Positions 9,986-19,589 of a stretch of 64,000 bases of DNA are shown piece after piece. Below the pieces are notes generated by a model. That model did no database searches and was not told the origin of the DNA. It saw only the letters and a list, made by a program, of their open reading frames with translations. Positions within the stretch are counted from its first letter, which is position 1. Each line of letters begins with the position of its first letter. The stretch spans positions 384,001 through 448,000 of the forward strand of contig CP170459.1 of the NCBI GenBank assembly GCA_047947115.1, given 5' to 3'. The position numbers and the translations under genes are program-made. Origin of the DNA: Verrucomicrobiota bacterium (GTDB lineage: Bacteria; Verrucomicrobiota; Verrucomicrobiia; Limisphaerales; AAA164-E04).

Positions 9986-10138
9986 CGCGACTGCGGGATC
10001 CCTGCCGCGTTACCTTGTGGTTTCCATTCCTCCATGTGCATTCGTTTGGGGAAGCCTTGGGTATCCGAAAGCCCACAATCCGCATTGCTGACGATTGCGG
10101 GCGGATCAAGTCGATCCGATCTACCGTACGCTGTTGAA

Positions 10139-13100
10139 TCAGCGTACCGTTCGGATCACATTCAATGGCCAGAGGCGTGCAGTATAATCTTCGGAAACCG
10201 TCCCCAGCCAACGTCCGTCCGGACTCATGACCGCATCCAGGACATCGTCCTCGTGGCCTTCCAAGGATTCCAGCAACTCACCTGTTCGAGCATCCCAGAC
10301 TTTGGGTGTTTTGTTCCAGCCGATGGTCACCAGCAAACGGCCATCCGGACTGAGCAAGGCTTTACGCAATCGCTTGGCCACGTCGTTCAACTGGATTAGC
10401 AACTTCCCGCTGTTCATGTCGAACAGACAAACCATCCCATTATCCTGTGTCCAACCAAGCACAAGTTCAAGATTTTCATAGAATGTTGCATCGATGAACG
10501 GAATACCTGGCGATGGATAGGTCACTACACGTTGAGCACTTTCAAGTTCCCAAAGGTTTGCGCCCCTCATATCCTTGATGAATAACTGACGGGCTCCGTT
10601 TACAAATTCCAGTTCTCCCGCGTCTTCGCTTCCAGGAAGCGTCTTCACCCATTGACCATTCACGCCATCCCACAATCGAACAGGTCCCTGGTCAGCAGTG
10701 GCCATCCATTTCCCATCCCCGCTGAACGCAACGTCGTTCAGTTCATGAATGATGCTTTTGATGCGGAATAATTCACGTCCGGAACCGCTTTCCCACACAG
10801 GCAGATCGAAGGGTTCACTCAGTTGTTCGCTGCTGCCACTCCAACCGCGCCCCATCACGCCTTTTGCCCAGATAGCCTTGCTGATTTCTCCATTGGGTAT
10901 CGCAACAAACCGGGCACCATCCTTACTCCATCGAATCGATTGCATCCCAGTGGGCAAATCATCAAAACGCTTTTCCAATTGACCGTCTTGAACGCGCCAC
11001 TTGCGTAAGGGACTGAAAGGTGCCAACAACACATCTGCACCGGTTGGCTTTCCCGACATGTCCACCGGCCGCATCAAGGCCTGACTGTCATCCGATGCCG
11101 TGAGAACGAACTGACCATCGAGACTGAATCGAACATCTTTGACATCACCCGATGCATGGCGGCGCATCTGGTCATCTTTTATTTGCTGGTAACCCTCCAA
11201 AACGAACAGCGTTTCCTGGGATTCCATATCCCACAAACGCGCTTTACCATCGGCTGATCCGGTCACTGCATGTTTGCCGTCTGGACTGATATCCATCGAG
11301 ACAACCTTACGCTCATGTCCGCGAAACACCTTGGACAAATGCATCATCGTTGCGGCATCCCAAAGCCGCGCAGTCCCATCTTCAGAAGCGGTTACTACCC
11401 TTAATCCGTCAGGGCTGAATCGAGCCTGATAGACTTTGTCTTGATGCCCCTTCAGCACGCTAATACCAACTCCTGTCGACGCATCCCAAACCCGAGCCGT
11501 ACCATCACCTGAAGCAGTGACTACCAAGCTGCCACTCTTATTGAATTCAGCCCATAGAACAGTGTCCTTATGAGCGGATAACAAAGCAGCCTGTCTTCCC
11601 GTCGCCACGTCCCAAATACGGGCGGTTTTATCCGCTCCATAGGAAATGACTTGAGTGCTGTCCGTGTTAAAACGTGCACCCACCAATTCCGTTTCGTGTC
11701 CTTTAAGCAGATGTTCGATTCGTTGTTTGGACACATTCCATAGCATCAGATTCGAAGGGTTTCCCCCGGACAGGATGATCCATTGTCCGTCGGCGCTGAA
11801 CTCGGCCACACTACGACTGGAGCGGTATCCGCCCATTAGAAATCCATCTCGCGCACAGTTATCGATGGATTCTACCAATTCACCACTTTCTACATCCCAC
11901 AAGGATCCGATGAACGCTTCATGAACACTGGATGTCGAACCTCCTCCGCCGCCGGGGTGGATGGTGATTTGATAATCATTCCCGGATGGTGTAGTGATGA
12001 CTTGTCTGCCGTCCGGTGAAAACCTTGCAGACAGCAAAGCCGCCTGATGATATTTCAATGTGCTGGTCTCTTTACCGGACAAAACATCCCATACTCTACC
12101 CTGGTGGTCCCATGAAGCAGTCACTATCTGTAGACCATCGGGTGAAAAATCGGCATCAACCACTTGATTGGCGTGATCCAATACGGAGATTTGTGCACCT
12201 GTGGTCTTGTCCCAAACCCGCACGGAACGATCTCCAAACCTGGGAATACGAGTTGTGACAAATAGCTCGTTATTCGGCGACAAATGGGGGTATTGAAAAT
12301 GTGGATCAAAAGACACCGTCAGGATTTGATGTTCATCAGGCGAAAACATCGCTTTCCCAACGACCCCTTCATGTCCCTCGAACACCCTCACGACATCCCC
12401 GGACTGAGCATTCCAAAGGCGAGCCGAGTGATCATGAGAAGCGCTTAAAATTTGTTCACCATTATTACTGAAGGAAACAGCAGCCACGGGACCATCGTGA
12501 GGCAGAATCAGATACGGTTCCATGACAGCTGCCCGCGCGGTGGCTTCGGCAACAATCAATTGCTCTGCCTTAGCCAATGCGGAGCGCGTCTGTTGCAACT
12601 GCCACCCAACAACCAAAAATGCAATGAAACCCACCAGCAACACCAAAGAAGACATCGACACCAGTAATGGATTACGATTCACCCATTTCTGAAAACGCTC
12701 TTTTGCTGTAGAAGGGCGGGCCAGGATGGGCTTGTTTGACATCCAACGTTCCAGTTCTTCCGCCAAGTCCTGGGCAGATCCATAGCGTTGAGCGGGATTT
12801 TTCTCGAGGCATTTGAGACAGATGGTTTCCAGGTCGGCAGGTGCATCCTGGCGAATGGTTATCAGCGAAGGCGGATTGGATTCAGCAACCGCCTTCATGG
12901 TCTCGAGAGGCGTGGAAGCTTGAAAAGGCGGGCGCCCTGCGATCATGCGAAACAAAATAGCACCCAAGGCATAAACATCCGTGAGGGGGCCCACGGTATC
13001 TTGCTTGCCCTGAGCTTGTTCAGGCGCCATGTATGCAGGACTTCCGAACACTGTCCCAGTCAATGTGAGGTCGGCATCCAGATCCATTCGCTTGGCCAAT

Positions 13101-13705
13101 CCGAAATCGGTAATACGAGGTTCGTCATGCTCATCCAGCAAAATGTTCTGCGGTTTGAGATCCCTATGAACCACACCCCGTTGATGGGCAAAATGAACGG
13201 CCCTGGCAATTTTAATCATATAGGACACAGCCTGCTTCATCGGAAGGGCACCTTGCTGCATGCGTGTTTCAAGATGATCGCCTTCCACAAACTCCATTGA
13301 ATAGAAATGGCGTCCGTCCGTTTCACCCACGTCAAAAACCGCAACGATGTTCGGATGTCGGAGGTGTGCGGCAGCTTCAGCTTCTGCCCGAAAGCGGGTG
13401 ACTTCATTTTCGGTTGCCAATCGACCAGAAAGAATCATTTTGAGTGCAACAACTCGATTCAAACTCATCTGACGAGCCCGATAAACCACCCCCATGCCCC
13501 CGCGTGCAATGACTTCCAATAAGTCGTAATCCCCTACAGCAGTATAACTCTCCGCTTCGATTGAAGCTGAGGGAATATTGGGTAAAGTTTTGCTTCCCTC
13601 TGCAAGCAAGCATTTGGGACACATCCCCATAGGGGCATCTTGGGGCAAGGGCGTTCCACACTGAGGGCAATGAGATTCAAATGTTGTCGATTCTGTTTTC
13701 ATCAC
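10139..13705 (-). CDS. Hanks-type Ser/Thr protein kinase with N-terminal Zn ribbon, TM helix and C-terminal WD40 repeats
   Basis: CPQC/CPKC; ARGGMGVVY, VALK, HRDLKPQN, DFGLAK, APE; hydrophobic helix LLVSMSSLVLLVGFIAFLVVGW; many GH...TASxDGTARxWD repeats. Confidence 0.93.
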   Translation of the reverse strand: MMKTESTTFESHCPQCGTPLPQDAPMGMCPKCLLAEGSKTLPNIPSASIEAESYTAVGDYDLLEVIARGGMGVVYRARQMSLNRVVALKMILSGRLATENEVTRFRAEAEAAAHLRHPNIVAVFDVGETDGRHFYSMEFVEGDHLETRMQQGALPMKQAVSYMIKIARAVHFAHQRGVVHRDLKPQNILLDEHDEPRITDFGLAKRMDLDADLTLTGTVFGSPAYMAPEQAQGKQDTVGPLTDVYALGAILFRMIAGRPPFQASTPLETMKAVAESNPPSLITIRQDAPADLETICLKCLEKNPAQRYGSAQDLAEELERWMSNKPILARPSTAKERFQKWVNRNPLLVSMSSLVLLVGFIAFLVVGWQLQQTRSALAKAEQLIVAEATARAAVMEPYLILPHDGPVAAVSFSNNGEQILSASHDHSARLWNAQSGDVVRVFEGHEGVVGKAMFSPDEHQILTVSFDPHFQYPHLSPNNELFVTTRIPRFGDRSVRVWDKTTGAQISVLDHANQVVDADFSPDGLQIVTASWDHQGRVWDVLSGKETSTLKYHQAALLSARFSPDGRQVITTPSGNDYQITIHPGGGGGSTSSVHEAFIGSLWDVESGELVESIDNCARDGFLMGGYRSSRSVAEFSADGQWIILSGGNPSNLMLWNVSKQRIEHLLKGHETELVGARFNTDSTQVISYGADKTARIWDVATGRQAALLSAHKDTVLWAEFNKSGSLVVTASGDGTARVWDASTGVGISVLKGHQDKVYQARFSPDGLRVVTASEDGTARLWDAATMMHLSKVFRGHERKVVSMDISPDGKHAVTGSADGKARLWDMESQETLFVLEGYQQIKDDQMRRHASGDVKDVRFSLDGQFVLTASDDSQALMRPVDMSGKPTGADVLLAPFSPLRKWRVQDGQLEKRFDDLPTGMQSIRWSKDGARFVAIPNGEISKAIWAKGVMGRGWSGSSEQLSEPFDLPVWESGSGRELFRIKSIIHELNDVAFSGDGKWMATADQGPVRLWDGVNGQWVKTLPGSEDAGELEFVNGARQLFIKDMRGANLWELESAQRVVTYPSPGIPFIDATFYENLELVLGWTQDNGMVCLFDMNSGKLLIQLNDVAKRLRKALLSPDGRLLVTIGWNKTPKVWDARTGELLESLEGHEDDVLDAVMSPDGRWLGTVSEDYTARLWPLNVIRTVR

Positions 13706-14205
13706 CCGTTACACAGACTTTTCCCGGTCAAGGTAACAGGAAAAGTTTCTTTTTAGAACAAATTCACCATTTCTCATTTACCTCCTACAGCTTGCATCAG
13801 GTGAGCCAATTCATCCGACACATCTCCCTCAGATTCCACCGTTGCCCTAATTCGCTGAATCAACGACGCACGATATCGCTGCTTCATACGCATGACCCCC
13901 ATTTTGACAGAGGCTTCGGTGATTCCCAATTCCAGCGCCCATTCGGCATACGATCCAGACCCATCACTACCCGACAAGATTCCTTTGAAGGCATTGAAAA
14001 ACTGGTCCTTACCTTCCTTATGATAAACAGCGGACAAGTCGTTTAATGTATCTTCAAGAAGGGTCAGCGCCCATCGACGATCATACAAATCCGACGGGGA
14101 ATTTTGATCGACAGGTTCCAGTGTGTAACGTTCCTCGGCCTGCACGGCGTCCAAGGATAGGATGGCTCGATCCCCGCCGCGCTTCTGCGCTTTTGATCGC
14201 GCATA

Positions 14206-15690
14206 ACAGCCCGTTTAATAAGTGCCAATTTCGAAAAACCGAATGATCCGAATCTCGTCCGGCTTCGATTTCATCAAGCTGCATAATAAAATGGTGGAAA
14301 TCAGTAAAAGGACGGCGGGAGCCATATTTATCGCCCCCTGAGTCATCCATTCGCCAAAAATTATGACAAAAGCAGCCGTCAAAGCGGTAGCGAGGCTCGC
14401 TTCCCAGTTTCTTGGCTTGGCGAGGCCAAAGATTTTCCGCATCAGCAATCCGAGGTTGAATGCTGCGCACTTCAGTGTGTGAATCTTGGTGACATTTTCC
14501 ATTCCCTGGAGCCAGGTTCGACGTCCAGCTCCTGTTTCGCACACATGAGCAAATGTTCGCTCCACAAGTTCGCTTCGTTTTCGACTCAGTCGCTTACCCT
14601 TGACACTCCGAACTCTTCGTCGATTACCACGGAATGCGTGTTCGTAGCTTTCCGGCTTGTCCACCCACTTACGCTTCTTTTGCTTCTTCTCTGGTATGTA
14701 TGTGCGGATACCCCACTGCGTGAGCCGTTCCAACAATGCGTTGCTGTGATATCCCTTGTCCATCACCGCCTCTTCAACGGTCCTTTCTGATTCGATTAAT
14801 TGTAGATTGGCTTCAGCCAAGATGAGGCTCTCAGGCCCCGTGGTTGTATCGCCTTGATCTGCATGTGTGACATGACAAGAAACAATTGCCTCGGTTTCCA
14901 AGTCCACCGAATGTTCAGCCTTATATGCAAGATGTGTGCGCCCATCTTTCATCTTGGTAATGCGGCTGTCCGGATCTGACTTGCTTTGCCATTCTTTGTT
15001 GGAAACTTTCTTCCCCTTGCGCCCTCGGTCGATGCGCTGAATGTCTTCATCACTCGGATTTTCAATGCCTTCTTCTTTGGCCAGTTCACGAAGGTATTCT
15101 TTCCAATCCTCACCCGTCCCTTTGCGCACGATGCTACGCATGGCTGCATTGGCTTCCAGGGTGGTGGCATCAACACCAAGAGTTTTTCCCTTCAAAAGCT
15201 TTTTCTCTTTGAGTTGTTCAAGGACAAAAAGGAAAACCTTGTGAAACACTTCATCGGACAAGCGTTGACGGATAATTGTCATCGATGCGTGAACAGGAGT
15301 TTTCTCTGTCAAACTGATGCCGAGAAATTCACGCAGGCAAAGGCTATCATGACATCTCCATGCGATACCACGTTGACTGTTGAGCCCTTCAAAGTATCCG
15401 ATGAAAATCATCCGGAAATAAATACCGGGCGCAATGCCTGGCCTACCAAAATTCTTGTAAAACGGGGCGCACAACTCTTCGACATAAGCATCAAATCCGC
15501 ACTCATCAAAAACCTGATTGAGTTTGGAATAAAACGGGTGAGCCGGCGTTTTGGGAATCTGATTGGAGGCAATGAACAGTTCTTGCTGTTTCGTTTTCCG
15601 TTTGCCAAGTGCCATGGCAAATACTTTACTTGATCATGTGATCAATCACGAATCTTTTCGTGAAGAATTGTGACTTTTTTAACGGGCTGT
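14206..15690 (-). mobile_element. IS1182/IS5-like insertion sequence, complete
   Basis: Imperfect terminal IRs ACAGCCCGTTtAAtAAGT / ACAGCCCGTTaAAaAAGT; TA duplication at 14204-14205 and 15691-15692 (also readable as TTA/TAA). Confidence 0.9.
14215..15615 (-). CDS. DDE transposase (DUF772-type N-terminus; IS1182/IS5-like)
   Basis: GRPGIAPGIYFRMIFIGYFEGLNSQR, GVDATTLEANA, MDKGY, RSELVERTFAH. Confidence 0.9.
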   Translation of the reverse strand: MALGKRKTKQQELFIASNQIPKTPAHPFYSKLNQVFDECGFDAYVEELCAPFYKNFGRPGIAPGIYFRMIFIGYFEGLNSQRGIAWRCHDSLCLREFLGISLTEKTPVHASMTIIRQRLSDEVFHKVFLFVLEQLKEKKLLKGKTLGVDATTLEANAAMRSIVRKGTGEDWKEYLRELAKEEGIENPSDEDIQRIDRGRKGKKVSNKEWQSKSDPDSRITKMKDGRTHLAYKAEHSVDLETEAIVSCHVTHADQGDTTTGPESLILAEANLQLIESERTVEEAVMDKGYHSNALLERLTQWGIRTYIPEKKQKKRKWVDKPESYEHAFRGNRRRVRSVKGKRLSRKRSELVERTFAHVCETGAGRRTWLQGMENVTKIHTLKCAAFNLGLLMRKIFGLAKPRNWEASLATALTAAFVIIFGEWMTQGAINMAPAVLLLISTILLCSLMKSKPDEIRIIRFFEIGTY

Positions 15691-16095
15691 TAAGCATCGG
15701 CTATATAATGCTGAAAGGAGGCCAGAAGAAATGAGCGAAATCGGCCACGCTCCCGGGATGCCTTGCCAAGTGATTTAAGACGCAACATTTGAGCAAAAAA
15801 ACCCTGCACCAAATCCTCGGACAAATGGGGCGAACATCCCCTTCGCCGAGCAAAGGCATACAAAGGATACCAATACGTTTCACACAAACGCTCCAAAGCA
15901 TCACGAACTGTTGCGGAAGAATCTTCATCCCCCGCCGCAAGCACAACGGTCCATTGAGTTGTAACGAAAGGTTCAAATCGCTCACGAGGGCCAAGCATGT
16001 CCCCAGCATAAGAAAAACGCTCTGACATTTCAAATGCAGAGCGTTCAGGAAATTTGTGATTAAATAATGAGTTTCAATGGTGCCGGTTGATTAGA

Positions 16096-17721
16096 CTATT
16101 TCTTACCTTTTCCGTTTCCGCCAGCATTGCCGCCGGAACCTCCACCGTTGTCATTTCCACCAGAACCACCGCCGGAGCCAGCTGTGCCACCGCCTCCGCC
16201 ACCGCTAGCGCCGGAATCTGCATCGATACGCACATCACGCGAACCACCACCGATGTTACCAGGTTGCGGATCATCAGGCGAACCAGTCTGATCCTGCCAG
16301 GCCCAATCTTGTTGTGTTATCAGACCCAGCTCACCAAGCGGTTCACCGTTGCGGTCAGGATCCGTGTTTTCATCCGTGGCGCGGGTTGGATCAGCGCCAT
16401 GACTTTCGGAAAGGTCATACAGGAATTCTTGCAGCGCTGGCATGATGGAACGGCTGACAGTGGCCATTCCGAACGGCGCAAACGGAACCAGATAGCTATT
16501 GAACTCTCCAGCCCAGTCGATGAGTCGATCACCACCCGTGTTGGCGATCATGATGTCACGACCTGCGCCACCGTAGGCTCTGTCTTCATAAGACGGATGG
16601 GTGTCAGGGATATCATTGAGGCCTCCGTTGGTCTCAAGATTATCATCGACATTCATCAGGTCGTCACCAAATCCACCATAGGTGGTGTCGCGGCCTGTTC
16701 CACCGACCAACCAGTCGTTGCCCAGATCACCAAAGATGATGTCATCACCGTCTGTGGCCACCGGATCATAATTGACACCGTCGGCATAAAGGTCCTGAGG
16801 TCCTTCAAGATGGTTGAAGTTCAGGATAAATTCATCACCCGTCTGGGAGAAGACAAGCACGCCATCAGCGTTTGGAGTCACATAGACCTTCGACTTCGGA
16901 TCGTTTTCATCATATGCTGCAAATTCGACTTCACGACCTGCCACCTCACCCCAGGCAAGATAGTCAACTGGATTGAAAGGTTTGGCAAAATACTGTGGCA
17001 ACGCTTCAGCGCCCGAGATGGCGTCATCACCGGAGCTACCGTGCAAGAAGTCCGAACCCCAACCACCAAATATAATATCGTTGGCGTACTGTGCATCGTA
17101 AAGCACGACATCATCTCCCATAGAGGCAACATCCGCTGGGCCTGCAACGTTGAATGGCGTCAGATTCACAGTCTTCTTCAAGGCGCCTTCCACATTAAGA
17201 ACAGCTTGCTGGAAACCGCCAGGGGTCGAAATTTCCAGGTTCAGTTCAGCTGCAGTAAATCCAGCAACGCCATAAAGAGACTCACCTTCGGTGGAATTCC
17301 TGCTGGTGTAGATCCGTCCGTCATCGCCCAGCACGCCATCCTGACCGGTGCCACCGCTGATCCAGTCATGTCCGTAACCACCGTATAGATCGTCATCCTG
17401 ACCATCACCGAATAGCACGTCATCGCCAACCATGCCGTAGATAACGTCATCACCGGCTTCACCATGGATCTCGTCTGCAGCACCAAGGTTGTTTACTGTG
17501 TTAGGCGCGTCATAGTCGGCGCCACCTGGTGTGTAATCCTGTGCGCCGGTTTCATCGTCACCGATCCATTCATTGCCACGAACCACAACGCGCAGGCCGC
17601 CACGATCCGTGCCGTCAAAATGCACTCCGATGTCGTAGTTGAAGGTCAGGTATTGAGTAGTGCCTTGTGCATCTACAATCTCAACCAAACGGTAGATATT
17701 TCCATTGTCACCGAGTATGTA
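16096..17721 (-). pseudogene. C-terminal remnant of a large RTX/hemolysin-type Ca-binding repeat protein
   Basis: Many GGxGxD-type nonapeptides (GEAGDDVIY, GMVGDDVLF, GGYGHDWIS, GGTGQDGVL, GGWGSDFLH, GGTGRDTTY, GGAGRDIMI). The reading frame runs into the IS end at about 17721; the ORF-track N-terminus is IS sequence. Confidence 0.85.
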
Positions 17722-19412
17722 GTGCCTGAGAGAAAACTCCTCAGTTTTTGAAAATTTCACTGACCGCTGGCGATTCTTGCGGGCGGAAGTCGGAGACACA
17801 CGCCTTGAAGTGCGTGTTTTCCTCCGGAACACATCAAACTATCGTTTTTTTGCCTTTTTTGATCTGAAGATGTACACACCACTTGTGTGATAGGTCTGCT
17901 TGTTAGTGAAAATCTATACCGAGCTTAAGCCGCGTTGGCTTTTTGCTCCGCAGCTTGCCGTTGTTTCTCTATCAAGGCTCACCCGATACGATGCAAATTG
18001 TAAGCCAGCACCCCAAACCCAACATATCGTTTGTACCCTGATAGCCCTTTGTCTGGGCATCGGTTCAGTCCGTGATGCTCCAGTTCATTGATGTTGCTTT
18101 CAATGGCTGCATGTCGTCGCTTGAGTCTTTTAAAGGAGCTGCTGGTTTCACGTTCCTCTTCGACTTTATTGCGTCTTCCTTTTTTGGGCATCACTACCTC
18201 CGGGATCTGCAGCTTCAAATCCTCTAGTTTACTCATGTCACTGAACCCTTTGTCCATGCTCAGCGAATGGATGTTTCCTTCTCCAAAACGATTTACCAGT
18301 CGCAATACCAACGGTTCGAGTTCCTGATTGTCCGTGGTCTTTTCCATGACTTTGTAATCCAATATCAGTCCGTGCTGATCAGTGCTTACTAGGACTTTGT
18401 GTCCCAGTTCAACGGAGGGACGCATCTTGCCCTTGGCGATCCATTCAGTATGGGGTTCGAAGAGCGAAAACACTTTTTCCTCGTGTGGAATAGTCTCTTC
18501 TTTCACGATTCGGCGTTCAACCAAATCAATATGCTTCTCAAGCATTAAGGCAAAATAGCGGATTTTTTCGAGGCAGAGAAAGTGCGTTGGATCCTGGCAG
18601 ACTTTATCCACTCGCCCAATATCTTCAGAGACTTTTGCTCCAAGTTCCTTTGCTTTGCGAAGGTAATTTTTCGCGGCTTTTTCCTGACGCTGATGTCGAT
18701 TCTTGCCACCGCGACTAGACTGCTGAAGCTGGCGCATCAAGCCCTTGATGGTTGTTTTCCAATTTTTGGCTTTACGCCATCCCTCAAGGCCAACCTCCCG
18801 GGCAAGCCAACTCAGTAAGTCGATGCTTTTGCGTGCCGCATCCCACAACAGATTAATATCGGTTGGAAAGTGCACATTGGTCTCAAGAACGTAGCTATCG
18901 GTTTTAACGAGGATTTTTTCGGCGACGTTTTTTTTAGTTCCTTGCGTCCGTGCAAAACCACGATTTCATTGATTTGCCCCAGAAGTTGCTCGTCCACATG
19001 ACAAACATTTTCACTGAGAGTTTTGTGGTGAAAATTTTCCCCACCGGAGGCCACAACGGGCAATCCCATAATCTGTCGCACCAATGAATGGTGATTGGCC
19101 ATATCCTCAAGCCGGTCATAGTCGCAATCCAAAGACATTCGACACACACCCAAAACCAGAATTTGCCACAAATCCATTCCGGGGCGACCGGTGTGCTTCT
19201 TGTTTCCGATTACCTTTTGTTCCAGCAATTCGAAAACCTGTTCGTTGATTTCAGGTGTTGAAAAGATCCACTGCAGAGTGATTTTTACGACGAATATCAG
19301 AGAGAAAATCTCATTTTTCAACAATTTGAATGACAACGTTCCGGGATTCGTTCTCAGAAAACTTCGGAATCCCTTTGCAGACTTGATCATTCTAGTTTTC
19401 AGTCAGGCACTA
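17720..19412 (-). mobile_element. Degenerate ISNCY-type (ISDol1-like) insertion sequence
   Basis: IRs TAGTGCCTGAgaGAAAACT (17720-17738) and AGTTTTCagTCAGGCACTA (19394-19412); boundary hexamers TATGTA and TACGTA are not identical. Confidence 0.85.
17925..19280 (-). pseudogene. ISNCY-type transposase, split and degenerate
   Basis: Frame 1 GRPGMDLWQILVLG...ELKK; -1 shift at an A8 run (18928-18935) into DSYVLETNVHFPTDINLLWD...MDKGF...IESNINELEHHGL. TGA at 17979 with the frame continuing ALIEKQRQAAEQKANAA to TAA at 17925. No recognisable native N-terminus before LQWIFSTPE. Confidence 0.75.
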
Positions 19413-19589
19413 CGTAACCGCCAAAAATCCGCAATATTCACAATTGTTCAATATGGGACATTTTTACTCTCACCCCTCAACATAAATGGCTTCCCTCTAA
19501 AGTTGACTTGGGGAACATTGAAGAAATTTTGGACTGAATCCAGCATGAAAACCCACCACCTAGGAAGAGGAAAAAGGGCCATCCAGAAG

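Larger units (their letters stand above)
13774..16028 (-). pseudogene. ECF sigma-70 factor (kinase-associated type) interrupted by an IS
   Basis: 5' half (15693-16028): FVTTQWTVVLAAG...LCETYWYPLYAFARRRG...GRFRSFLL...HYIADA. 3' half (13774-14203): YARSKAQKRGG...YDRRWALTLL...VKMGVMRMKQRYR. Removing 14206-15690 plus one TA restores one frame (GAT GCT TAT GCG). Confidence 0.9.

Noticed and set aside
16087..17388. 433-aa plus-strand ORF
   Set aside because: Antisense shadow of the repetitive RTX coding sequence.
17722..17832. Basic N-terminus MFRRKTRTSRR... of the 578-aa ORF
   Set aside because: It lies inside the ISNCY end, so it is a chance in-frame fusion and not the native start.
19281..19390. 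N-terminus MIKSAKGFRS... of the 192-aa transposase ORF
   Set aside because: Looks like IS leader sequence read in frame after loss of the true 5' end.
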